From an uncultured delta proteobacterium (GTDB taxonomy: Bacteria > Desulfobacterota > Desulfobacteria > Desulfobacterales > Desulfatirhabdiaceae): DNA of 64,000 nucleotides. Under the pieces are notes generated by a model. That model was not told the origin of the DNA and made no database searches. It was given only the letters and a program-made list of their open reading frames with translations. The stretch is taken from contig CAWBKP010000006.1 in assembly GCA_963789395.1 (NCBI GenBank), forward strand, positions 1 through 64,000, given 5' to 3'. The position numbers and the translations under genes are program-made. Shown here one piece after another: positions 53,452-62,602 of the stretch. Within the stretch, counting starts at the first letter, position 1; every line of letters begins with the position of its first letter.

Positions 53452-53800
53452 AAAATTCGAAAGTCGAAGCACGAAATTCGAAACAAGGATTAAAAAATCA
53501 ATTATAAAAGCCTTTTGCAAAACCCCTTCAATTTGTCTCTTCCGTCATACCGGCGAAAGCCGGTATGACGGTGAATTCAAATGCGTCGTCACCCCGGTTC
53601 TTACCGGGGTGACGAAAAGCGGTACTGTTGCAAGAGACTAATAAAATTGCGCTTTATAGCATGATTCCAAACGGATTTATTTGGTTTATATCTACAGATC
53701 AATTTTCTTTCTTCATTGAGCCCGCTATTAGCATGGCGATTATTTTGATATTGGAATTTTGAATTTGTTTCGGATTTCGATATTCGACATTCGAATTTAC
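53452..53800. repeat. composite repeat: inverted 7-nt-periodic copies 3 and 4 enclosing a MITE-like unit with two 13-bp hairpins
   Basis: Periodic copies at 53452-53487 (+) and 53747-53799 (-); hairpins at 53542-53571 (GAAA loop) and 53586-53615; imperfect IRs AGCCTTTTGCAA and TTGCAAGAGACT. Confidence 0.75.
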
Positions 53801-53831
53801 CTATGCGGTCTTTCAGCCCAGCCCTTTATTT

Positions 53832-55025
53832 TTATAAAAATGGTGCCAGTATCCACAGAATTGTTGCAGCCAGCATGGCAACCGCCTGAAGCGGAATGGC
53901 CAGGCGCATCTCCTTTTCCACGCCGGATGGAGACGTGAAGGGTGTGGATCCGGTAAAATTCATGGCAAGGTATGAGCTGACAGCCATTACGACCAGCATC
54001 AATGCAGAAAGTTCGACTCCGGAAAGCCCGGCCGGTAGAAAAATGGCAAAGATCAGGCCGAGAAAGCCGCCTTTCAGGGAAAAAGCCACGCCCGGTATCC
54101 AGGGCAACAGAAGCGGCATGACAACAGCTCCGGAAAAAACGCCCAGAACAAACGCATGGGCCGCGTAAAGTCCCCTGAACCAGGCGGCATGAAAAGAAAA
54201 AATGCCGGGCCCGAAGCCGGAAACCAGAAACACGGCAGCCAGAACCCAGGTCAGTGGCTTTGCGAGCAGAGACAGCTCTACCGGAGTCAGAACCAGCCGT
54301 TCAATCAGTGAAAACGTAACCCGGCGCATCGGCGCATCCGCTTTCATTTTATCTTTCAGGAACCGGGCGATGTCCGCTGCCCGCACCGGCCCCCACACCA
54401 CTTCAAATCCGGAACTCCGCCTCACTTTCTGCGCCGATACGCCGGTTGCGGCCAGTTGCGGTAAAATCAGCCGCCGGTGATTCACGAGCAGCTTCAGGTT
54501 GCAGCGGGCGGCGCGATCCGCCACTTCATCGCTGGAGAACGTTCCTTTGCCGGCCGCGCACCAGACGTTTATTCCCCGGGTGTCGCAAACCATGATCCAG
54601 GCGTCCACAGCGCCCAGATGCCGGCGAAGAGTATCGAAACTGAGCTTGTAATTGGCGGTGACCAGAACCGGGGATTCCGGTCCCGGACGTCCGCAGCCGT
54701 AGATTCCCGGTGCAATCTGGTAGGCATTGCGGGAAATCCCCAGCCTGGCTCTGGCGGTTCCGAACCAGTCCCATCCGGTCAGCTTGGTGTGGATTACCGG
54801 AACCCGGCCTGCCGAGGTTTCCATAAAATTCTGCACAAAATGGCAAATGCTGTAACCCGGTGTTTCATGGGGACTTGCGGCTTTTGAAACAGGAGAGCCG
54901 CAGCAGGGAATATCTTTTTGTGGTGCCGGCGGCAGTGGAAGAAACGGGCTTTTTTTTTCAGAGACTGCTGATGCTGTCGGCGTGCAGCAGTCCGGGTTGC
55001 AGGTGCAGGGATCCGTCTTTTTCAT
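53832..55025 (-). CDS. hgcA: mercury methylation corrinoid protein HgcA
   Basis: VTANYKLSFD, cap helix GINVWCAAGKGTF, C-terminal TM domain with AMNFTGSTPFTSPSGVEKEM. Confidence 0.96.
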   Translation of the reverse strand: MKKTDPCTCNPDCCTPTASAVSEKKSPFLPLPPAPQKDIPCCGSPVSKAASPHETPGYSICHFVQNFMETSAGRVPVIHTKLTGWDWFGTARARLGISRNAYQIAPGIYGCGRPGPESPVLVTANYKLSFDTLRRHLGAVDAWIMVCDTRGINVWCAAGKGTFSSDEVADRAARCNLKLLVNHRRLILPQLAATGVSAQKVRRSSGFEVVWGPVRAADIARFLKDKMKADAPMRRVTFSLIERLVLTPVELSLLAKPLTWVLAAVFLVSGFGPGIFSFHAAWFRGLYAAHAFVLGVFSGAVVMPLLLPWIPGVAFSLKGGFLGLIFAIFLPAGLSGVELSALMLVVMAVSSYLAMNFTGSTPFTSPSGVEKEMRLAIPLQAVAMLAATILWILAPFL

Positions 55026-55058
55026 ATCTCCTGTCCTTGAAGATCACTGTTTACAAAA

Positions 55059-55385
55059 TTATTGCAGACTCAGTTTGTCAACCACCTGCCGGAAACGCTC
55101 CAGCACGTCCTTGTTCAAGCAGTAACAGGTACGGGGGCCTTCCACATTGCCCTGTATCAATCCGGCATTTTTTAAGCACTTCAGGTGCTGACTGACCGTG
55201 GATTGCGCCAGCGGCAGCATGTCCACGATTTTTCCGCAAATGCACTGGTCCATGGACCGGAGAAGTTCGATAATTTGGACCCGCGCAGGATGGCCCAGCG
55301 CCTTGCAAATTCGCGCAAAAGCAACTATATTCATCTGGTTTGATCCGGGAAGGGTATCTTCCGGACTGGGAAAAACCTGCATCAT
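55059..55385 (-). CDS. ArsR/SmtB family regulator upstream of hgcA
   Basis: KALGHPARVQI, CICG, LAQSTVSQHLK, CYC. Confidence 0.92.
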   Translation of the reverse strand: MMQVFPSPEDTLPGSNQMNIVAFARICKALGHPARVQIIELLRSMDQCICGKIVDMLPLAQSTVSQHLKCLKNAGLIQGNVEGPRTCYCLNKDVLERFRQVVDKLSLQ

Positions 55386-55399
55386 GACGGCTCCTTTTT

Positions 55400-55440
55400 T
55401 ATCGTCTTTTTACGATATATGATAAATTGGCAGGCGTCAA
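55400..55440 (-). promoter_or_regulatory. arsR-hgcA promoter with overlapping palindromic operator
   Basis: TTGACG-N17-TATCGT on the minus strand; TATCGT-N6-ACGATA palindrome at 55400-55417. Confidence 0.7.
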
Positions 55441-55453
55441 GGGAGAATATGCC

Positions 55454-56281
55454 ATGAAAACCAAACCTGTTCGATCGTGGATTGTATTGCTGATAGCGGC
55501 GGCTCTGGCGGTGTCCTGTTCCACGGTTCCGGTCACCGGACGCAGACAGCTGAATATGGTCTCAGATTCCGGCATCTTGTCCATGAGTTTTCAGCAGTAC
55601 ACCGATTTTTTAAATACCCACACGCTCAGCACGAACGCCGAAGAAACAGAACATGTCCGGCAGGTCGGCAGCAGGATTCAAAAAGGGGTTGAAAGGTATT
55701 TTGCCGATAACGGCATGCAGCGTGAGCTGGATGGATATAAATGGGAATTCAACCTGGTAGACGGTGAGGAAGTCAACGCCTTTTGTATGCCCGGCGGAAA
55801 AGTCGTGGTATATACCGGTCTATTGCCCATTGCCAAGGATGATGCGGGACTGGCTGTTGTCATGGGGCATGAAATCGCCCACGCTGTTGCCAAACACGGA
55901 AATGAACGGATGAGCCAGGCCCTTGCCATGCAGATGGGCGGCGCGGCCCTGGGGGTGGCGATGTCCAATGAATCCAGCCAGAGTCGGGAGCTCTGGACGA
56001 CGGTTTATGGCATGGGGGCTTCCGTGGGATATATGCTGCCTTTCAGCCGGCTTCATGAAAAAGAGGCGGATCAGCTGGGGCTGATTTTTATGGCGCTGGC
56101 TGGCTATGATCCCCATGCGGCCATTGCGTTCTGGCAGAGAATGGCAGAAAAACCGGGCGGGAAAAAACCGCCCGAATTTCTCAGTACCCACCCTTCCGAT
56201 CAAACCCGGATAGATGCCATCAAGGCGTTTATTCCAGAGGCCATGACGTATTATCGGCCAAAAGGTATTCCGGCAGGATAA
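55454..56281 (+). CDS. M48 family metallopeptidase lipoprotein
   Basis: Lipobox AVSC, NAFCMPGG, HEIAH, EADQLG, FLSTHP. Confidence 0.92.
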   Translation: MKTKPVRSWIVLLIAAALAVSCSTVPVTGRRQLNMVSDSGILSMSFQQYTDFLNTHTLSTNAEETEHVRQVGSRIQKGVERYFADNGMQRELDGYKWEFNLVDGEEVNAFCMPGGKVVVYTGLLPIAKDDAGLAVVMGHEIAHAVAKHGNERMSQALAMQMGGAALGVAMSNESSQSRELWTTVYGMGASVGYMLPFSRLHEKEADQLGLIFMALAGYDPHAAIAFWQRMAEKPGGKKPPEFLSTHPSDQTRIDAIKAFIPEAMTYYRPKGIPAG

Positions 56282-56303
56282 CCGCCTGTCAGGCGTGTCG
56301 GAA

Positions 56304-56332
56304 TTGACACGTGAATCCATTTGACCTACTAT
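56304..56332 (+). promoter_or_regulatory. sigma70 promoter of fabH
   Basis: TTGACA-N17-TACTAT. Confidence 0.65.
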
Positions 56333-56443
56333 GGCGACTGACGGAAACCCTGTTATCATTTTTTAATGTCAAAGTAAGAAATCGCAGCACTGAGCAAAAT
56401 CGTAATATTTAACAAGCAGGTTTTACAGGAGATTAGAATCCCT

Positions 56444-57456
56444 TTGGAATACGCAGCCCAAATTATCGGAACAGGCTCAGCCTTTCCCGAACCAGCGTCT
56501 CAAACATGGATATTTCTCAGAAACTGGCGAAATCCGGAATCGAAACCAATGATGCCTGGATACGTGAGCGCACCGGCATTGCCGAAAGACGCATGTCCAT
56601 GCCGGGAAATCCGGAAGAATACAACTCATCCCTTGGCCTTGCGGCTGCGATAAACGCCTTGAACATGGCCGGTAAAACCCCTCTCGATATTGATCAGATC
56701 ATTTATTCCACCTGTACGCCGGATACCATCATCCCCTCGACCGCCTGCTGGCTTCAACAGAAGCTGGGAGCTGCCAGGGCCTGGGGAATGGATATCAATG
56801 CCGCCTGTTCGGGGTTCATTTACGGACTGAGCATTGCCGATCAGTTCATCCGAACCGGACAGGTCAAGACCTGTCTGGTTATCGGCGCCGAAGTCCTGAG
56901 TTCCATCATCAACTGGGAAGATCGCTCCTCGTGCATTTTGTTTGGAGACGGCGCCGGGGCCGCTGTTGTCGAGCGAACACAGGAAGCTTCGGCCCATCGC
57001 ATTCTTTCCACCCATCTGCTGTCTGACGGCACCCTCTGGGAAATGCTTCATGTGCCAGCCGGCGGCTCGGCGCATCCGGTGACGCCGGAGATGATCGATC
57101 ACAATCTGAATAAAATCCATATGAATGGCCGGGAAATTTTCAAGGTTGCCGTCAGAACGCTGAGCAGTTTTGCGATGAAGGCATTGAAAAAAAACCAGAT
57201 GACGGTTGACATGCTGGATTGGTTTCTTCCCCATCAGGCCAATTTCCGCATTATCGAGGCTGTGGCAAAGCGGTTGAATCTGCCCATGGAAAAAGTACTG
57301 GTCAATGTGGACCGTTACGGAAATACGTCATCTGCGACCGTGCCTTCCATGCTGGATGAGGCGGTCCGGGATGGCCGTATTCAAAAAGGGCAGACCGTAC
57401 TTCTGGATGCCTTTGGCGCCGGCCTCACTTACGGCGCCGTTCTCCTGAGATGGTAA
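56444..57456 (+). CDS. fabH: beta-ketoacyl-ACP synthase III, frameshift near 56495
   Basis: IIGTGS in the first frame, then WIRERTGI, AACSGF, FGDGAGA, PHQAN, GNTSSA. Confidence 0.92.
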
Positions 57457-57487
57457 TTCCAGTTCGCATTCAAACGGGGTTTCATCC

Positions 57488-59185
57488 ATGTTGAGCATTC
57501 GAAAAATCGGCGTTCTGGGAAGAACCTACCGGCACCTGAACCGGTACCGCCAGATTCTGGGTATCCTGTTCAGTTACGGGTTCGGTGAAATCATCGAACT
57601 TCTGAAGATCGATCAGTATCTGGATATCGGCCTGCAGATGATTTCGAAAAACCGGGGAGATCGCATCGAAAAGCTCTCCCGAGCCGAAAGAATTCGAATG
57701 GCCATTGAAGAACTGGGGCCGACGTATATCAAGCTGGGTCAGGTGCTTTCCACCCGTCCTGATCTGATTCCGGAAGAATTCATCTCGGAGCTCACCCAGC
57801 TTCAGGACAATGTGCCGCCGTTTGATTTCAGCGAAACCGAAAAAATTATTTTATCCGAATTCGGCGTTCCCTGGGATGCGCTTTTCGAATTTCTGGATAA
57901 AACGCCGGTGGCGTCCGCATCCATTGCTCAGGTTTACCGGGCCGGTTCCTGGGATGGTGAAATCCTGGCGGTAAAGGTTCAGCGTCCGGGCATCAAACGG
58001 ATCATCGAGGTCGATCTGGAAATCATGCTGCATCTGGCCACCCTCATGCAGCGGCATATCGAAGAATTTGTGCTGCATCGGCCGGTTCGCATCGTGGAAG
58101 AGTTCACAAAAGTGCTGGAAAACGAAATCGATTTTACGATCGAAGCGGCCAGCATGGAGCGAATCGCAGCCATGTTTCTGGATGATCCGGCGGTGTATAT
58201 TCCCAAAGTGTTTCGTGATAAATCCAGCGCCGCGGTGCTGACCATGGAAATGGTTGAAGGCATCAAGATCACCCATGTCGCGGCCATCGAAAAAGCGGGC
58301 CTGGATCGCAGGCTTTTGACCATAAGGGGCGCGGACGTCTGCCTGAAACAGATTTTTCAATACGGTTTTTTCCATGCCGATCCCCATCCCGGAAACATTT
58401 ATGCACTTCCGAAAAATGTGATCTGTCTTCTGGATTTCGGAATGGTCGGGACCGTGGACCAAAGAACCCGTGAAGATATCGTGGAACTGGTGGACAGTAT
58501 TGTTCACCATCACTCGTCCCGGGCTGTCCAGGTACTCTTGCGGATTACCGAATGGGACGCGGAGCCCGATCTGAAGGTGTTTGAAAAAGACATTTCCGAG
58601 TTCATGGTGCGGCATCTCTACAAGCCCCTCCGGGATATCAAAATCGGCAGGCTGCTGCAGCACCTTCTGGAAATTTCCGCAACGCATGGCCTGAGGATTC
58701 CGGCGGACATCTTTCTGATGTTAAAAGCCCTGGGAACGGTGGAAGGAATTGGGATGGTGCTGGATCCGGAATTTGACATGGTATCTCACACAGCGCCATA
58801 TATTCGAAAAGTCAAACTCGCCCGCCTGCACCCGGACCGCATTGCCGGAGATATGATGCAGATGGCTTCGCGGTTCATGGATTTTCTGGGCCAGTTTCCT
58901 CAGGACATTCTGGAGATAAGCCGCTTGATCCGTCAGCAGAAGCTGACGGTCAAAATTGAACAGACGGGCTTAAACACCCTGCTTGCCACCCAGGATCAGA
59001 TCAGCAACCGGATTGCCTTTTCCATCATCATTGCCGCGCTGATTATCGGCTCTGCCCTCATCGTCATTTCCGAAACCCCGCCGCTGGTTTACGGCATATC
59101 CTTTATCGGATTCATCGGTTTTATTGCGGCCGCCCTGATGGGAATCTGGCTTCTGGTGGCCATCATCCGCAAAGGCAAGCTGTGA
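57488..59185 (+). CDS. AarF/ABC1/UbiB kinase family protein
   Basis: LGPTYIKLGQ, ASASIAQV, VKVQRP, FFHADPHPGN, LDFGM, C-terminal TM segments. Confidence 0.92.
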   Translation: MLSIRKIGVLGRTYRHLNRYRQILGILFSYGFGEIIELLKIDQYLDIGLQMISKNRGDRIEKLSRAERIRMAIEELGPTYIKLGQVLSTRPDLIPEEFISELTQLQDNVPPFDFSETEKIILSEFGVPWDALFEFLDKTPVASASIAQVYRAGSWDGEILAVKVQRPGIKRIIEVDLEIMLHLATLMQRHIEEFVLHRPVRIVEEFTKVLENEIDFTIEAASMERIAAMFLDDPAVYIPKVFRDKSSAAVLTMEMVEGIKITHVAAIEKAGLDRRLLTIRGADVCLKQIFQYGFFHADPHPGNIYALPKNVICLLDFGMVGTVDQRTREDIVELVDSIVHHHSSRAVQVLLRITEWDAEPDLKVFEKDISEFMVRHLYKPLRDIKIGRLLQHLLEISATHGLRIPADIFLMLKALGTVEGIGMVLDPEFDMVSHTAPYIRKVKLARLHPDRIAGDMMQMASRFMDFLGQFPQDILEISRLIRQQKLTVKIEQTGLNTLLATQDQISNRIAFSIIIAALIIGSALIVISETPPLVYGISFIGFIGFIAAALMGIWLLVAIIRKGKL

Positions 59186-59189
59186 CGGC

Positions 59190-61448
59190 CTAATCAGCCT
59201 CGACAACAAACGCCCTGTTCAGCAACCGGTTGATCCGGACGATGAGCCGTTTGGGATTGACCGGTTTGGTCAGATAATCATCTGCTCCGGCGTTGATGAC
59301 TGCCACTTCAGCATCTACTTCATCTTTTGATGTCAGCATGATGATGGGAATAAAACGGGTTGCCAGCTGGGATTTGAGTTTGGTGATCAGCGTCATGCCA
59401 TCCATTTCCGGCATCATGTAATCGGTTATGATGAGGTCCGGTTTCTCCTGAAAGGCGATTTTCAGGGCGTCCATACCGTTTGACGCCGAAACCGTCAAAA
59501 AATTTTGAGATTCGAGAATGTTCTTGAGGATTTTTAAAACCACGCGATTGTCATCCACAACCAATATCTTTTCCGGTCTGTAACTGGCTATCGATGAAGG
59601 CGGCTCTGGCCCGCAGGGTTCGCTTTCCCGTGTTGCAGAAAAAAATCCTTCCCGGCTTTGCGCGGCTTTATCCAGGGATTCCTGTGCCGCATCGTCCGGA
59701 TCCGGAGGCGCCATGCGAAGCACTTCTTCAATGGTGGTTCGTCCGATAAAGGCTTTGGCAAGCCCGTCCATTTTCAGTGCCGTAAAGCCGTCCGCATTTG
59801 CTGCTTTCCGGATGGATGCTGTGGCATCCTCGCCGGCAACACTGCCGGAAAGAATTTCCCGAATGTGCGGTGTGATCATGACAATCTCGAATATTCCCAG
59901 CCGTCCCATATACCCCGAATACTGACAGGCTTCACAGCCGGCGCCTTTCCAGAATTTCTTGGCGCGGTCCGGCTGGATAACGGCGTCCAGTTGCTCAAAA
60001 ATCTGTGGGGTCAAGGGGTCGGGTATTTTGCATTGATTACAAATCTGACGGACCAGGCGTTGTCCGATCACGGCAATCAGGCAGTCCGCCATGACGGAAG
60101 CATCCACGCCCAATTCAATAAGCCGGGCGATTGCGGCGGCCGCATCCTGTGCCGAAAGGGTGGAAAGCACCAGATGTCCGTTTTGCGCCGCCTGAAAAGC
60201 CTGTTTTGCTGTTTCCGCATCCGGAAGTTCGCCGACCATGATAACTTTCGGATGCATTTTCAGAACGGATGCAAGACCATCCGCAAATGTGGCTCCTGCA
60301 TGGGAAAGGATTTCTTCCTGGTGGATGCCGGAAATGACGCGCTCAACAGGGTCTTCAACCGTGGCGATGTCGGTCCTGAAGGCATTCAGGTGTTTAACGG
60401 CCGCATACATTGTGGCGGTTTTGCCGCTGCCTGCCGGACCGACCGCCAGAATCATGCCATGGGGTCTGGCAGTGGCCTCCGTGAAAAGCTGCAGATCCGT
60501 TTCGGAAAATCCCAGATCCTCAAGGCCCATGCCGTCGGTATCGGGATTGAGAATTCGGATCGTGACTTTTTCACCATAGGAGGCTGGAAGAGTGGAAACC
60601 CGAAGATCAAACCGGGACGCTCCCAACTTGACCTGGGTCCTGCCATTCTGGGGTTTGCGGCGAATGGAAATATCCATGTTGGCGATAATTTTGATTTGGG
60701 AAACCAGAGACAGATGGTTTTGTTTGTCAATCTGCATGATTTCCCGAAGGATGCCGTCAACGCGGTAACGGATAACGACGTTATCTTTCAGGGGTTCGAT
60801 ATGAATGTCGGTGGCATTCATTTTTATGGCATCCGCAAGGATGGTGTGGGTAAAGCGGACCACAGGCGGCAGTTCCGATGAATTCAGCAGATCCTGAACC
60901 TTCTGTTCTTTCCCGCGCACCGGCCCCACGATCTCGATGGTTTCAGCAGTCCCCATGTCCGGTCCCAGTTCCTTGTCAAGGCTTCGCCTGGGGTAATATT
61001 TGTGAATGGCGGACAGGATATCACCCTGGGGGGCAACAGTTACGAAAATGCTCATCTGGGTGACAAACCGCAGATCATCCAGGGCATGGAATTCAAGGGG
61101 ATTGGCCATTGCAATGACCAGCTGTTGCTTAACTTCCTTGACCGGAATCAGCAGATAATTTTCCGCCATGTCCTGAGGCACAAGATCAATCACTTCCCGG
61201 GTAATCTCTGCATCGCTCAGTCGGATAAATGGAATTTTAAGCTGGCTGGCCAGTGCCTTGGCAATCTGTTCATCATCGGTGACGCCCATGTCCACCAGTA
61301 TCTGGCCGATTTTCTTCTGTTGGGTTTTCTGAATTTCCAGGGCGGTTTCCAATATTTTCGAATCAATCAGATTTGCCTGAAGCAGAAGCTCTCCCAGTTT
61401 TTTACGTTTTGAGAGGGGGTTGGGTGTATTTTCCGTCGATGTGTCCAT
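59190..61448 (-). CDS. GspE/PilB-family ATPase with N-terminal MshEN-like and C-terminal receiver domains
   Basis: KLGELL...KIGQIL, DIHIEP, GPAGSGKT, EDPVE, two CxxC, REC (VDD...DYMMP...KP). Confidence 0.88.
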   Translation of the reverse strand: MDTSTENTPNPLSKRKKLGELLLQANLIDSKILETALEIQKTQQKKIGQILVDMGVTDDEQIAKALASQLKIPFIRLSDAEITREVIDLVPQDMAENYLLIPVKEVKQQLVIAMANPLEFHALDDLRFVTQMSIFVTVAPQGDILSAIHKYYPRRSLDKELGPDMGTAETIEIVGPVRGKEQKVQDLLNSSELPPVVRFTHTILADAIKMNATDIHIEPLKDNVVIRYRVDGILREIMQIDKQNHLSLVSQIKIIANMDISIRRKPQNGRTQVKLGASRFDLRVSTLPASYGEKVTIRILNPDTDGMGLEDLGFSETDLQLFTEATARPHGMILAVGPAGSGKTATMYAAVKHLNAFRTDIATVEDPVERVISGIHQEEILSHAGATFADGLASVLKMHPKVIMVGELPDAETAKQAFQAAQNGHLVLSTLSAQDAAAAIARLIELGVDASVMADCLIAVIGQRLVRQICNQCKIPDPLTPQIFEQLDAVIQPDRAKKFWKGAGCEACQYSGYMGRLGIFEIVMITPHIREILSGSVAGEDATASIRKAANADGFTALKMDGLAKAFIGRTTIEEVLRMAPPDPDDAAQESLDKAAQSREGFFSATRESEPCGPEPPSSIASYRPEKILVVDDNRVVLKILKNILESQNFLTVSASNGMDALKIAFQEKPDLIITDYMMPEMDGMTLITKLKSQLATRFIPIIMLTSKDEVDAEVAVINAGADDYLTKPVNPKRLIVRINRLLNRAFVVEAD

Positions 61449-61468
61449 GGTTGGCCTCGTTAACCCTA

Positions 61469-61801
61469 TTATCTGTTGTCAAGGGCTTGCTGGATTTCCT
61501 TGAGCAAGTCATTCATCCGGACAAGAAAAGGCGGAACCGACCGGGACAGGTCTTCAAATCTTTTCTGGCGGGATAGTGTCATGATCTGCTGCGCCTGGGT
61601 CGAAATGTCCAGGAACCCCAGCGTGCCTGTGGATCCTTTCAGGGAGTGGGCCGCCTCTCCAGTTTGGACTGAATCCTGGCAGCTGGTTGCGGCGCTCAGC
61701 TTTGCGAGATCTGAAGGAGCTGTCTGGATAAAAAGCGCCAGCACTTCATAAATATCATTTTCTTCAAGCCCGAGTCGTGATGCAAGCTGCCTGACGTCCA
61801 T
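61469..61801 (-). CDS. Hpt phosphotransfer protein, in frame with nth in this sequence
   Basis: AHSLKGSTGTLG; own GAGG RBS and ATG at 61801. Confidence 0.8.
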   Translation of the reverse strand: MDVRQLASRLGLEENDIYEVLALFIQTAPSDLAKLSAATSCQDSVQTGEAAHSLKGSTGTLGFLDISTQAQQIMTLSRQKRFEDLSRSVPPFLVRMNDLLKEIQQALDNR

Positions 61802-62476
61802 GATTTCCTCATTTTTGCCAAGTCGGCGCAATGTATCAGTCACCGGCGTTTTTGCTTCAAAAGGGCACAGGCATAGGAGCGGGCAGGACGGGCATTTTGG
61901 CTTTCTGGCGTTGCAGATCTCTCTGCCAAAATATATCAGGTGCAGACAGAACACATTCCAGGCTTTTTGGGGGATGAGCGCCATCAGATCCCTCTCGATT
62001 TTTTCCGGGGACTGATTCCGGGTAAGTCCCAGGCGTCTGGATATGCGGGCGACATGGGTATCCACGACGATTCCGGGTTTTCCAAAAGCCGCCCCCAGAA
62101 CCACATTGGCTGTTTTCCGGCCCACGCCGGCCAGCTGAACGAGCTCCTCCAGCGTATCGGGTACCCTGCCGTGAAACCGGTTGACCAGCATTTCGGCACA
62201 GAGCCGGAGATTTCTGGCCTTGTTGTGATAGAAGCCGGTCGGACGAATCAGTTTTTCGATGGTCTGGATGTCGGCTTCAGCAAAATCCTGAGGGCTGGAC
62301 AGCTGGCGGAAAAGACCCGGTGTTACCTGATTGACCTGTTTGTCCGTACACTGGGCCGATAATATGGTGGCAACCAGCAGCTGAAAGGGTGTCTTGAATT
62401 CCAGCTGCGTCTTGACATCGGGATAGGCGGTACTTAGTTTCAGACGTATTTTATCGGCTTTTTCTTTCAGTGTCAT
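61802..62476 (-). CDS. nth: endonuclease III; stop codon not seen, reads through into Hpt
   Basis: LLVATILSAQCTD, GVGRKTANVV, VDTHV, CNARKPKCPSCPLLCLC. Confidence 0.92.
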
Positions 62477-62517
62477 GAGCGTTGTACATGAAATCCCGGG
62501 GTGAATAGTCCTCAGTT

Positions 62518-62570
62518 AAAATACGAATATCGATATCCGAAACAAATTCAAAATTCAGTGATCAAATCAA
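62518..62570 (+). repeat. 7-nt-periodic repeat, copy 5
   Basis: AAATACGAATATCGATATCCGAAACAAATTCAAAATTC. Confidence 0.8.
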
Positions 62571-62602
62571 ACAATCCGTTACCCATTACATAAGACCATA
62601 CC

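Noticed and set aside
61469..62476. Novel endonuclease III-Hpt fusion protein
   Set aside because: The Hpt part has its own GAGG RBS and ATG at 61801, an out-of-frame TGA lies just after the Nth Fe-S motif, and indels are common in this sequence; most likely two genes, pending read check
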